Shown: positions 7,609-17,311 of the stretch, in pieces | Layout of the letters: each line of letters begins with the position of its first letter | Numbering within the stretch: the stretch's first letter is position 1 | NCBI GenBank assembly: GCA_029976025.1 | Contig: JARKNX010000036.1 | Coordinates: forward strand, 70,353 to 134,352 | DNA length: 64,000 nucleotides | DNA from: Aggregatilineales bacterium | GTDB taxonomy: Bacteria; Chloroflexota; Anaerolineae; Aggregatilineales; Ch27 | Direction: 5' to 3' | Notes under the pieces: model-generated | Database searches by the model: none | Told to the model about the DNA's origin: nothing | What the model saw: the letters and a program-made list of their open reading frames with translations, nothing else | Made by a program: the position numbers and the translations under genes

Positions 7609-9918
7609 ATGAGATCAATAATCACAGCATCTGCAAACTATATCTTAGTATTCGTGATCACTTTTCTTGCCACAGCTGGGGCACTCTGGGGAGCGATTGA
7701 TGGGATTACCTACTTCACAGGGGAGAAGGTGAAGCAACTCCTAGGTCCTTACTGGTCTCTGGTGATTTTGCTGATACCACTCTTAATAGCACTCTTGGCG
7801 GTTCTCCGAACCAGAAGAAAGGAAATCTCACTTGCTTGCTTCGACCTGATTAATCCAAGATTCCTGAGACAGTTTAGGGGTAGGAGACACCACTCATCTT
7901 TCTTTGATGGAAGTGTACCCACATGGGAGGATATTGTTAATGATTTGGATATTCCTCGCGACATAGCACGTGATATTCTTGCCACATCGACACAATGGAC
8001 TAACGGCAAACTCCTTATTCCGGTTCTTGCCAGTGCAGGCGAAGGAAAGTCAACCTTCTTGCGTCGGTTGGCCGTGGAACTTGCAGTTAGAGGAAAGGTC
8101 ACGGTTTTTCGACGTCGAGATGCATTGAGACTTGATTCTAAGGAAGTTGCAGATCTTGCGCGTAATACCAAAAAGTGTGTCTATGTGCTGGTGGATGATG
8201 CTGGGCAAGTCCTGAATTTCTGCGAATTCATACGTTCCCTTGCGGACGATTCGTATCCATTAGTCGTAGTTGCCGCTTCTCGACCATACGACTGGCTATC
8301 TCTCCGTTCGGAGTTGTCGAACAGCGGCTTTGAGATCAAGTTGGCGAGCTCGGGAACTGAATACTCACTCGATAACCTAAGTGATGGGGAGATTGCGCTT
8401 CTCTTTGGCAAGCTAGCCAACGAGCACCTCATTCAGCAGGTTGAGGACGAGGCGCTTCCCCGTATTGTGGAGCATTACAGTTCTACTATTGGTCGCAGTC
8501 TCATAGTGCTGGTTCTATCCCTTACGCGAGCCGAAGAGATCAAGGAGGTCATTCGTCAGGAGATCGCACGAATTCAGGCGATGGGCCAGCAATTTCTTGT
8601 CGCCTACCGTTACGTATGTCTTTTTGCGAGCATCGATTCCTATATGCCTCTCTCAGTTCTGAGTGGGCTTGTGAGTTTCAACAACGTCAGACTTGACTTC
8701 ATCAATAGACTGCCTGGACTTGTCGAATGTGTTGGCAACCGAGTATATGCTCGCCATAACAGAATAGGGGAAATCGCGACTGATATTCTTTTTGAAGGGG
8801 CAGACGATGAAAGGGGCAATGCGCTCTGCGAACTTATCGCTCTTGCATTTGGAAAAGGTGAAATCGAAGCCGTGAGCTCTGTTCCTGTGCGTGCTGTTCC
8901 GGAATCGCAGCGGCTACGAGTGCTCGGCTGCGTAGTGGATCAAGCTTTTTGCACTGGCCAATACCAACTCATAGTAGACAGTTTCGATGAGTGGGTAACG
9001 TTCAGTGCGGAACCGCCTGTTGCTGAGCTACTTGCCCAGAAAACCCCGCTTCTTTTCGAAATGCTGGCGTTCTACCCTAAACGAATTAGGCCGGTCGGCG
9101 GGTGGCAAGCACTACAGGGCAATCCAGCAAACTTCCCATGGCCGAATTGCCCTGACAATACCCCTGTCGCTCCCGATTTTAGAGGCGGGTATGACAACAG
9201 TCGTAGATGGGCAGAAATCTATGAGCGGGCAACCTTCTGTAGCGAAGCGAGTAGGATGTATTCAGTTTCTCTGCAGTCGGTTGTCCGCATGATATATGCG
9301 GTAATGCTAGAACTCTACCAAGCCCAGAGGGCGGACATCTACTACAGCCATGCTGAGTATCTGTGTAGTCCCATCTCGGTTGCGGATGACGACGAAGTAA
9401 TCACACTGTACGAACTGGCTCTCAAAGAGAATCCTGACCATGCCGAAGCACATGCTGGGCTTGCAGAAATGCTGTACTTTGTCCATCGCTATGAGGAAGC
9501 GTATCGTCACTACAAAACTTCACGACGGCTGAACCCTAGAGCCGTCTATCACATAGGCAAAGAGGATAGTCTGGTGGAGATGTTAACCGGGCTTGGTGAG
9601 TTACGAGAAGCAATCGAATTGCAGCTAGAAAGCTCGCGTAACTTAACCATGGCTCTTCGTAGTATGTACGAGATATTGGGTCCTGAAATCTCGGTGGATA
9701 TCAGACTCCCAACTGAAATGAGCGGGCCGGAAACACGCACAAGGACGAATTTGGTCGCGATGGCCGAGGACGAACGCCAACTGGAAGCCGAAGACGCTGC
9801 CCGCATACTCGCGTTCATTGATAGGCTTTCACCTGAGGAGATCCGCGTGTTTGGCAAGAAGGTTCTGGGCGAGCAGTTTGGTGAGTTACGTAATGCGCCC
9901 ACAGGAAACCTTGAATAG
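7609..9918 (+). CDS. Membrane-anchored P-loop NTPase with C-terminal TPR repeats (STAND-like architecture)
   Basis: 769 aa. There are two N-terminal hydrophobic helices (ILVFVITFLATAGALWGAI and SLVILLIPLLIALLAVL). Walker A is LASAGEGKSTFLRRLA and Walker B is VYVLVDDAGQ. TPR-like repeats lie near the C-terminus (ALKENPDHAEAHAGLAEMLYFVHRYEEAYRHYKTSRRLNP). Confidence 0.7.
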   Translation: MRSIITASANYILVFVITFLATAGALWGAIDGITYFTGEKVKQLLGPYWSLVILLIPLLIALLAVLRTRRKEISLACFDLINPRFLRQFRGRRHHSSFFDGSVPTWEDIVNDLDIPRDIARDILATSTQWTNGKLLIPVLASAGEGKSTFLRRLAVELAVRGKVTVFRRRDALRLDSKEVADLARNTKKCVYVLVDDAGQVLNFCEFIRSLADDSYPLVVVAASRPYDWLSLRSELSNSGFEIKLASSGTEYSLDNLSDGEIALLFGKLANEHLIQQVEDEALPRIVEHYSSTIGRSLIVLVLSLTRAEEIKEVIRQEIARIQAMGQQFLVAYRYVCLFASIDSYMPLSVLSGLVSFNNVRLDFINRLPGLVECVGNRVYARHNRIGEIATDILFEGADDERGNALCELIALAFGKGEIEAVSSVPVRAVPESQRLRVLGCVVDQAFCTGQYQLIVDSFDEWVTFSAEPPVAELLAQKTPLLFEMLAFYPKRIRPVGGWQALQGNPANFPWPNCPDNTPVAPDFRGGYDNSRRWAEIYERATFCSEASRMYSVSLQSVVRMIYAVMLELYQAQRADIYYSHAEYLCSPISVADDDEVITLYELALKENPDHAEAHAGLAEMLYFVHRYEEAYRHYKTSRRLNPRAVYHIGKEDSLVEMLTGLGELREAIELQLESSRNLTMALRSMYEILGPEISVDIRLPTEMSGPETRTRTNLVAMAEDERQLEAEDAARILAFIDRLSPEEIRVFGKKVLGEQFGELRNAPTGNLE

Positions 9919-10074
9919 AAACCGGGCTAATCTGGTTTGGGCGGAATCTACAGGAGATCATCTCTTTTCTAACTACACAGAGGGCGCAAGTAGCTATAGG
10001 CACTTCGGCACTCGCGTAGATCGTCAAAAAGTGTGTAGCGAACGAGTATGCAAGCCCAACTTTTCCGCTAGTTG

Positions 10075-10470
10075 TTACTCCAAGAACTGCCCGTTGTCTT
10101 CTTGTAGAATCTGACGGACCCGCTGCTCTGAAATCTGGAAGATAAGGGCAAGGTGTGGAACGCTCTGGCCAAGCGCGTAGCGTTCGTGAATCGCGCGGTT
10201 GCGTTCTTGTTTACTGGGTGTGCGGTAGTTGAAGGACTCATCAGGTTCAGGCTGATCAGCATATAGCTGGGCGATCAGGCGGCCAGCTGCCTCGTGGATA
10301 TCCAGAATTTGCCGCAATACTGATGTGTCCTCAAGGCCCCTATGGGGCACAGGCTGCCACCTGCCTTTAGAGCTGATGGCAGCTTTATTTTTACCTTTGA
10401 AAACGCTATTTCTTCTCTGGTCAGCCGCCTCTATATCAACCTGCCCGTTCCGACTACGCCGCAATCTCAA
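10075..10470 (-). CDS. Mor/sigma-70 region-4-like HTH protein (start uncertain)
   Basis: The C-terminus QERNRAIHERYALGQSVPHLALIFQISEQRVRQIL is an R-N-x-x-I-x-x-R-Y..G.S...LA....IS...V.QIL helix-turn-helix, as in Mor-family activators. The N-terminal part of the ORF overlaps the divergent paralog, so the true start is probably internal. Confidence 0.45.
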   Translation of the reverse strand: MRLRRSRNGQVDIEAADQRRNSVFKGKNKAAISSKGRWQPVPHRGLEDTSVLRQILDIHEAAGRLIAQLYADQPEPDESFNYRTPSKQERNRAIHERYALGQSVPHLALIFQISEQRVRQILQEDNGQFLE

Positions 10471-10608
10471 GCAACTCCCAAACAGGTTAATCGCAATGCT
10501 GAAATTCGCGATAGATACCAGACTGGAACCAGTGTGCCTGACCTCGCCGGGGAGTATGGCATATCCACGAAGCGGGTCTACCAGATATTACGGGGAAAGC
10601 GGAAGTAA
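10342..10608 (+). CDS. Mor/sigma-70 region-4-like HTH protein, paralog of the divergent neighbour (start uncertain)
   Basis: The C-terminus QVNRNAEIRDRYQTGTSVPDLAGEYGISTKRVYQILRGKRK aligns residue-for-residue with the HTH of the 10075..10470 minus-strand ORF. Confidence 0.4.
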   Translation: MGHRLPPAFRADGSFIFTFENAISSLVSRLYINLPVPTTPQSQATPKQVNRNAEIRDRYQTGTSVPDLAGEYGISTKRVYQILRGKRK

Positions 10609-10661
10609 TCCTTCCATAGTCTCAAAAAGCGAGCGAGGATTCTCTGAGCTGCCCCCGATAA

Positions 10662-11533
10662 TTAGGCCAGAGTCAAAGTTAGGCTCTGGGCACTGAGCGG
10701 GTCGAGGAGCGCCACGGGTGCTGGGGGCCGGTAGTCCAAGGCACTGTGAGGACGCACCTGATTGTAGTACACCCGCCAGGCTTCGATCAAGATTTGCGCT
10801 TCCCTGAGAGAGAGTAGAAGATCTCTCGCGCGAGCAACTCATCCCACATTTTGCCGTTGAAGGATTCCACATAGCCATTCTCCCACGGGCTGCCGGGTTC
10901 AATGAACAACGGAGCGACGTCCAGGCGTTTGAGCCACAGCCGAACTGCTGTGGCCGTGAATTCTGACCCATTGTCGGAGCGGAGGTGCGCCGGAACTCCG
11001 TGTTGGCAGAACAGCGCGGTCAAGCACAGTAGCACATCGTCATGGATCAGTGTGCGCTTGACCACGCTCGCCAGGCACTCACGGGTATACTCATCGATCA
11101 CATTCAAAATGCGAAAGGACCGGCCATCATGGGGGCGGTCATACATGAAATCGTAGCTCCAAACATGGTTCGGATACTCGGGCCGCAGCCGCACGCACGA
11201 GCCATCGTTGAGCCACAAGCGCCCGCGTTTGGGCTGTCGGGCCGGAACCTTCAAACCCTCTTGCCGCCAGATCCGTTCTACCCGTTTGTGATTCACTAGC
11301 CATCCTTCACCCTGCAAGAGCGCTGTGATCCGGCGATAGCTCTACCGTCCGTACTCACTGGCGAGCGCCACTATCCGCGCGGTCAGCTGTGCTTCGTCAT
11401 CCGCCACTTGAGCCCGATAGCGCTGCGTGGCGCGTGGTTGCCCCACCACCCGGCAGGCTCGGCGCTCGGACACCCCCAGCGCGGCCTGGACATGCTCGAC
11501 TACGGCGCGTCGCCGGGCGGGGTTGATCAGTTT
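10662..11533 (-). pseudogene. IS3-family transposase OrfB, disrupted (in-frame stop plus frameshift)
   Basis: Hand translation gives LINPARRRAVVEHVQ...EYGR*SYRRITALLQGEGWLVNHKRVERIW... with TAG at 11342..11344. The DDE core is present (HVWSYDFMY, LRSDNGSEFT). The frame is lost in the (GA)n run at 10805..10814, after which REAQILIEAWRVYYNQVRPHSALDYRPPAP continues in another frame to the stop at 10662. Confidence 0.8.
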
Positions 11534-11802
11534 TTTGACAGGGCCTCTTTCAAGATGGCCTTATCCAGCGTCAAATCGGCGACGACCCGTCTCAACCGTG
11601 CGTTCTCTTGCTCCAACTCTTTCAAGCGCCGGGCCCGACTTTTGTCCATACCGCCGTAGTCTTTGCGCCAGCGATAGTAGGTTTGCTCGCTGATCTCCAG
11701 CGCCCGCGCGGTTTGTTGGACCGTTTTCCCCTGGCTGAGCAACACTTCTGCTTCGCGCAGTTTCAGTATGATCTCTTCCGCCGTGTATCGTTTTCTTGCC
11801 AT
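11527..11802 (-). CDS. IS3-family transposase OrfA (HTH_Tnp_1-like)
   Basis: 91 aa. MARKRYTAEEIILKLREAEVLLSQGKTVQQTARALEISEQTYYRWRKDYGG plus a leucine zipper (RRLKELEQENARLRRVVADLTLDKAILKEAL). The slippery A6C run at 11530..11537 directly precedes the stop. Confidence 0.85.
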   Translation of the reverse strand: MARKRYTAEEIILKLREAEVLLSQGKTVQQTARALEISEQTYYRWRKDYGGMDKSRARRLKELEQENARLRRVVADLTLDKAILKEALSKN

Positions 11803-12063
11803 TGGACCTGCCTCCTTTTGGGCCTGATTCTAACTTATTTCTTGGATCAGTTTTTGGGGGGGCAGGTCAGAGGCACTACAGCGCTTGGTTGCCTAGCTCA
11901 TTCACCACAATACTGCATATTCGTATCACACGGCTATCGCAACCTGGGCAAGTGCCCGATCGAGACTGTCAATGCCTACTTAGAAACTATCCGCCAAGAA
12001 ATCTAGTAGTACGTAGAGAGATATAAAACGTTTTCTGGATAAGTTGACTCCACATCTAGATTA

Positions 12064-13197
12064 TTGTATTCTACGAACAGTAAAACGATTTATCATGAAG
12101 ATGATATTCTGTTTTCTGCAGAGGAAGATTTGAGTCAGAAAATTTCGTCCTCCCGCATAACTATACGAGACGTTGCACAACTGGCTGATGTCTCACCGGC
12201 AACCGTATCCAAGGTGATTAACGGAGTGCCATATGTGAGTGAGAGCGCTCGCCAACGCGTGCTTGAAGCCATCGGCAAACTCAACTACCGTCCGAACACG
12301 ATCGCTCGCAGCTTACGCAAGAGCCATACGGTAACTATCGGCTTGATCACTGATGATCTCGAAGGTGTTTTTACGATGGCGATGATGCGCAGCATCGAAG
12401 AAGCAGCCAGCGCCTGTGGATTCAGTGTATTCCTCTGTAACAGTTATGGTGAGATGTCCCGCGAGCGTGCTCACCTGGAGGTTCTTCTGGCTAAACAGGT
12501 CAGCGGGATCATTCTCATGAGCGGCTATAAGGTACGCGAACGAGGGGCTCCCGCTATGGATCTAGGTGGCGTACCGGTCGTCTATCTCTATCAATATACC
12601 TGGGATGTCCCTGTTCCGTGTGTCATTCCGGATGATGAGGGCGGAGGTAATCTGGGCACTAAACATCTGATCGATCTTGGGCGTCGGCGGATCGCCTTAA
12701 TCAATGGTCCGATGCATTTCGAAGCCAGCCAGCTACGTCTCCTTGGTTACCAGCAAGCATTGAAGAATGCCGGGCTGCCGTTCGATCCGGCTCTAGTGCG
12801 CACTGGCAAATGGAACGAGCAGAGCGGCTATGAACTCGCCCACGAATTGTTGACGCTCCCGACTCCTCCTGATGCTATCTTCTGTGCTAGCGACAGCCTG
12901 GCGGCCGGTGCACTTGACGCACTACATGAACTTCAGATACATGTTCCGAAAGATATCTCAGTTGTCGGATTCGATAACCGTTATTTCTCGGGTTATCAAC
13001 GGCCTCCATTGAGTTCTGTGGCTTTGCCTCTCTATGAGATGGGTCTCCTGGCGGGGGAGATCCTGCTCAATGCGATCCAGGGAGCGCCTGTAAATGTCAA
13101 GATCCATCGAGTGCCCTGCACACTCGTGAAGCGCAAGTCATGTGGAGCATTGTCAGACCAGATCGCGCCGGTGCATCAAGAGAGGAGATATTCGTGA
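12064..13197 (+). CDS. LacI-family transcriptional regulator
   Basis: The N-terminal HTH is ITIRDVAQLADVSPATVSKVINGVPYVSESARQRVLEAIGKLNYRPNTIARSLR, followed by a periplasmic-binding-protein-like sugar-binding core. The start may be the in-frame TTG at 12130, behind GAGGAAG. Confidence 0.9.
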   Translation: MYSTNSKTIYHEDDILFSAEEDLSQKISSSRITIRDVAQLADVSPATVSKVINGVPYVSESARQRVLEAIGKLNYRPNTIARSLRKSHTVTIGLITDDLEGVFTMAMMRSIEEAASACGFSVFLCNSYGEMSRERAHLEVLLAKQVSGIILMSGYKVRERGAPAMDLGGVPVVYLYQYTWDVPVPCVIPDDEGGGNLGTKHLIDLGRRRIALINGPMHFEASQLRLLGYQQALKNAGLPFDPALVRTGKWNEQSGYELAHELLTLPTPPDAIFCASDSLAAGALDALHELQIHVPKDISVVGFDNRYFSGYQRPPLSSVALPLYEMGLLAGEILLNAIQGAPVNVKIHRVPCTLVKRKSCGALSDQIAPVHQERRYS

Positions 13198-14906
13198 CCA
13201 TTTATGATCTCAGCTACGATCCCCATGATCCCTACTACGATATCCCCGGACTGTCCGGCGCACAGTGGGGTATCCAGATCTTCACGACCCGTAACTTATA
13301 CGGGCTGGATCCCGCCCGAGTCACGATGACAACTGTGGGTGACACTACCCATCTGACGTGCGATGGGCTGAGCTGGGGAGGGCAGCAGCAACACTGTGAG
13401 GGACGCGTTGAAGCTGATCTTTCCTACCAGCACGGAGTCTGGAACTGGCGAATCTCTGCCAGGCACACTGAACCTCTGAAAGCTATCAAGCTCTTGCTGC
13501 GCGGGCTGCCACAGGAGGCACTTTCGCAAGGATGGTGGCAGCCTACATCGAGAACCCAGGAAGTGGTGGACGCAGATACTTCGAAGTTCTCAAAGGCCGG
13601 ATTCGGTGCTGAGCATATCGACGCGGCCAATGAAGTGTGGAAGACAAATCCGCTCAGGCCACTTCTCTGGCGGTATCCCTGGCCGGAGGGGTTGACTCCC
13701 TGGGCGTGCGCCGGTGAAAAAGGCGGAACAGCCTTCGTTTGCATCAGTGTCCGTGAGCCCGAAATCCGGGCCAAACGGCTCTACGTTCACCAGCCTCCCT
13801 ACAACAACGAACAGCCGATTGTCGAGCTGATCTTCGAGGAAGATGCTGCTAGGTGGGGCAGTCAGATGGAAACGCCTGTTATGCGACTGCGTATATGCAG
13901 CACATTCGCTGAGGTTGAGGCTGATTTTGAGGAGCATCTGGCATTTCTGGAAGATACATATGGGTTGCTGCCATGGGAAACCCGACCTGATGTACCAGCC
14001 TGGATGCGGAAGATCAGATTGGTGCTCAATCTGCACGGGCAGCACTGGACAGGTTATGTCTTTAATTCATTCGATCGGATGGCGGAAGCCATCAAGCTGG
14101 TGGCCCAGCATATCCCCGGAGATCAGGTCCTGGCCTACATTCCCGGTTGGGAGGGCCGCTACTACTACGCTTATCCTAACTATCGGCCCGGCCTGGAGAT
14201 GGGCGGAGAGCCGGCCTTTCGTCGACTTCTGGCGACAGCACGCGATCTGGGCGTCAAGGTGATGCCTATGTTTGGGATGCACGGTGCCAACACACAAGTC
14301 TACCCAGACTGGGAACGGTCGGCCTTTCGCAGTCGCACCGATTCATACGTGAAGCTGGTCAACTGCCCAGACTGGGACACTGATCGCGCCGGCGAAGACG
14401 ATCAGGTGTTCCTCAACCCAGGAGAGCCGGTCTTTCGGCAGCATCTGTTGGAACAGGTCAGTGCCGTGGTACGCGACTTCGGCGTATCCGGCGTTTTTCT
14501 CGATACATCCGCCTGCTGGTTCAATGACCCGCATTACAATCTATACGAAGGCTATCGGACGCTAATAGAAGAGCTTCACCAACGCCACCCTGACTTGCTG
14601 ATCGCAGGAGAAGGCTGGTGGGATGGCCTGTTAGCCATTCTGCCAGTTAATCAGAGTTGGATGGGTGTCGACCGGCAATATCGTTTTCCACAGTTCTTAA
14701 CCCGCTATGCTCGGGCGCTCGGGCATCTCTCCGAAGGGGCGCCCGGTCCGGTCAGCACCGGCGTGCATGAACGTGGGTTCCTCTATTCTCAGTTGCCAAA
14801 CCCAGTACCCGGCCATATCCGGGCACTTGGGATTGTGGATGATACCCTCTCACTTTACCGAGAGGAGATTATCCGGATATGCCGTACTGCAGCAGAGGGC
14901 GATTAA
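13194..14906 (+). CDS. Uncharacterised 570-aa protein, possibly a TIM-barrel glycoside-hydrolase-like enzyme
   Basis: GTG at 13194 overlaps the LacI stop and follows AGAGGAG. The gene is co-operonic with a sugar ABC transporter. Segments such as VFLDTSACWFND and LLIAGEGWWDG resemble beta-strand-end acidic motifs of (beta/alpha)8 hydrolases, but I could not assign a family. Confidence 0.6.
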   Translation: MTIYDLSYDPHDPYYDIPGLSGAQWGIQIFTTRNLYGLDPARVTMTTVGDTTHLTCDGLSWGGQQQHCEGRVEADLSYQHGVWNWRISARHTEPLKAIKLLLRGLPQEALSQGWWQPTSRTQEVVDADTSKFSKAGFGAEHIDAANEVWKTNPLRPLLWRYPWPEGLTPWACAGEKGGTAFVCISVREPEIRAKRLYVHQPPYNNEQPIVELIFEEDAARWGSQMETPVMRLRICSTFAEVEADFEEHLAFLEDTYGLLPWETRPDVPAWMRKIRLVLNLHGQHWTGYVFNSFDRMAEAIKLVAQHIPGDQVLAYIPGWEGRYYYAYPNYRPGLEMGGEPAFRRLLATARDLGVKVMPMFGMHGANTQVYPDWERSAFRSRTDSYVKLVNCPDWDTDRAGEDDQVFLNPGEPVFRQHLLEQVSAVVRDFGVSGVFLDTSACWFNDPHYNLYEGYRTLIEELHQRHPDLLIAGEGWWDGLLAILPVNQSWMGVDRQYRFPQFLTRYARALGHLSEGAPGPVSTGVHERGFLYSQLPNPVPGHIRALGIVDDTLSLYREEIIRICRTAAEGD

Positions 14907-14979
14907 CTGTTGTGATCGTCCTGGCTTCACCCAACGATGGAAGGCTAGTAATTTTCTGGAGTAAAAAGGAGAGAACAAA

Positions 14980-16245
14980 ATGAAATATCTGTTCCGCCAT
15001 GCCAGATTAGTGAGTGTGCTTGTGCTCATCCTGGCCACATTTGCGCTTTCGCTTCCGTCCTCTGCACAGGAGCCTGTGACCGTTCAGTTCTGGTCGCGCG
15101 ATTCCGCAGCCACACTTGTGCAATCACTTGCCGACGCGTATAACGCCACACATGACAACCAGGTCGAAGTCACTCTTATCCCGGCCGCCGAATATATCAC
15201 AAAGCTCGGGACTGCTATTGCCGCTGGCGAGCCACCAGATCTGCTAGCTATTGACCTGATCTATGTGCCGCAATTCGCGGCTGCAGATCAGTTGACCGAG
15301 ATCAGCGATCTTGCCTCTCAACTGCCTTTCTTTGATACACTCAGCCCTTCGCACATCCGGCTGGCGACCTACGAAGATGGTCTGTACGCGCTGCCATTCA
15401 ACGCCGAGGCCTCGGTTCTACTGTACAACAGGGACTTGTTCCGGCAGGCCGGTCTGGACCCTGAACAGCCTCCGACTACCTGGCAAGAAATCTATGATGA
15501 CGCGGTAGCGATCTCTGCTCTAGGCGAGGATATCGACGGCTTCTACTTCTCCGGTGCGTGTGCAGGCTGCAATGCCTTCACCTTCCTGCCCCTGATCTGG
15601 GCCAGTGGCGGAGATGTGCTGAGCGAGGATGGTTCAGAAGCAACCCTGACCGATCCCGCTGTTAAGGCAGCGCTAGAATTTTATCACCAGATGTGGGCCG
15701 AAGGTCTGATACCTGAAACATCTCAGACAGATACGGGTGCGGAATTCCTAAGTGCTATCTTCTCCGGGAATGTCGCGATGCTGGGATCTGGCGCGTTTTC
15801 CATCAGCACCATCAAGAACGAGCACCCGGAGATCGATTTTGGGATAACCTTCCTGCCAGGACAGGAGGGGGGTGTTTCGTCCTTCGCGGGTGGAGACTCA
15901 ATCGGCATTCCCTCTGGCTCAGCTCATCCTCAGGAGGCGTTTGACTTCATCGAATGGGCACTTTCTGACGAAGTCCAGCTTGAGATGTATGCGGCCACTG
16001 CGTCCCTGCCAGTGCGGACCGATCTGGTACAGAATAAGTATTTCGACGAAGATCCACGCCTGCAGACGAGTGCCGAGGCGATGGCATTCGGACGAACACC
16101 CTACAGCCTCGTGTACAATCAGCTCTTCAATGATGCGAATGGTCCTTGGCTGGCCATGATTCAGCAAGCCGTGTTCGATGGCGAGATCGATGAGGCTATC
16201 GCCGCTGCTCAAGAGCAGTTCACGGAAATCATCGAAGGGCAGTAA
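14980..16245 (+). CDS. Sugar ABC transporter substrate-binding protein (family 1 SBP)
   Basis: A signal peptide (LVSVLVLILATFALSLPSSAQE) and typical extracellular solute-binding protein sequence. RBS is AAGGAGAG. Confidence 0.9.
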   Translation: MKYLFRHARLVSVLVLILATFALSLPSSAQEPVTVQFWSRDSAATLVQSLADAYNATHDNQVEVTLIPAAEYITKLGTAIAAGEPPDLLAIDLIYVPQFAAADQLTEISDLASQLPFFDTLSPSHIRLATYEDGLYALPFNAEASVLLYNRDLFRQAGLDPEQPPTTWQEIYDDAVAISALGEDIDGFYFSGACAGCNAFTFLPLIWASGGDVLSEDGSEATLTDPAVKAALEFYHQMWAEGLIPETSQTDTGAEFLSAIFSGNVAMLGSGAFSISTIKNEHPEIDFGITFLPGQEGGVSSFAGGDSIGIPSGSAHPQEAFDFIEWALSDEVQLEMYAATASLPVRTDLVQNKYFDEDPRLQTSAEAMAFGRTPYSLVYNQLFNDANGPWLAMIQQAVFDGEIDEAIAAAQEQFTEIIEGQ

Positions 16246-16356
16246 ATCAGTAGATTCCTGGCACTCTACCAGGACATGTAATATAACTGGGTTTGGCTCA
16301 CCGATGGGCCAAACCCAGCTCGCCCATCGAAACCAGACAGAAGTAAGAAGGACGTA

Positions 16357-17286
16357 ATGATTGAGACATCGGGGACATCTACCGAAGCCATGCTGACTGC
16401 TCAACCCCGCTCAAGAAACCGCACAATCAGGCGACATACCGGCCTGCTATTCGTCCTACCTGCGGTTACGTTCACCACGATCTTCTTCATCCTTCCGCTC
16501 CTGATGACTATCTGGATGTCACTCCATAATTGGCCCTTGTTAGGTCAATCCACGTTCATTGGCTTCGAGAACTACTCCAGCCTTACATCCGATCGGCAGT
16601 TCTGGTCCAGTCTGGGTTTCACCATAAGATACACGTTGTTGATAACGCCGCCGATCTTTGTACTGGCCTTTGTACTGGCACTCTTGGTCAATTTGCCGCT
16701 TCGCTGGATTGGAATATTCCGGACAGCCTATTTCATTCCGGTAGTGATTGGTCTTGGCGCATCGAGTTTGCTATGGGTATGGTTACTCAATGATCGCGTC
16801 GGAGCAATCAATACACTCTTACGCCAAGCAAACATCATTGAAGGCTCTCTCATCTGGCTGGGGAGCATTGATACTGCGATATTCGCAATCATCGTCTCTG
16901 TGACCTGGAAGACCGTCGGCTTCACTATGGTGCTCCTGCTCACCGGTATGCAGGCAATCCCTCAAGAGATATATCAAGCAGCTATGGTCGACGGTGCTAG
17001 CTTTCTGGGACGCCTCCGGTTTATCACGCTTCCCTTACTTCGATCGACTATTGCGCTGGCTCTGGTATTGTCAGTTATCGGCTCGTTCTTGGCCTTCGAC
17101 CAGTTTTATATCATGACCCGCGGTGGCCCACGCAACCAGACTATCACTGCAGTCTACTGGATATTCAACAACTCCTTTACATATTTCAAGATGGGATATG
17201 GCTCAGCGCTCTCGATAGTCTTGCTGGGCATTCTAGTCATCCTGAGCATGCTCCAACTGCGCCTCCTGCGCCGAGACGTTGGTTGA
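16357..17286 (+). CDS. Sugar ABC transporter permease (MalF/UgpA-like)
   Basis: Multi-pass membrane protein with the EAA-type loop QEIYQAAMVDGASFLGRLRFITLPLL. Confidence 0.9.
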   Translation: MIETSGTSTEAMLTAQPRSRNRTIRRHTGLLFVLPAVTFTTIFFILPLLMTIWMSLHNWPLLGQSTFIGFENYSSLTSDRQFWSSLGFTIRYTLLITPPIFVLAFVLALLVNLPLRWIGIFRTAYFIPVVIGLGASSLLWVWLLNDRVGAINTLLRQANIIEGSLIWLGSIDTAIFAIIVSVTWKTVGFTMVLLLTGMQAIPQEIYQAAMVDGASFLGRLRFITLPLLRSTIALALVLSVIGSFLAFDQFYIMTRGGPRNQTITAVYWIFNNSFTYFKMGYGSALSIVLLGILVILSMLQLRLLRRDVG

Positions 17287-17311
17287 TCCAGGCAGCAGAT
17301 AGGACTTAGCT

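Larger units (their letters stand above)
10645..11869 (-). mobile_element. IS3-family element (IS407-group-like ends), inactivated
   Basis: The ends are TGAGCTGCCCCC (10645) and the reverse complement of 11858..11869, TGACCTGCCCCC (11/12 match). OrfA is intact. OrfB carries an in-frame TAG and a late frameshift. No target-site duplication is evident. Confidence 0.8.
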
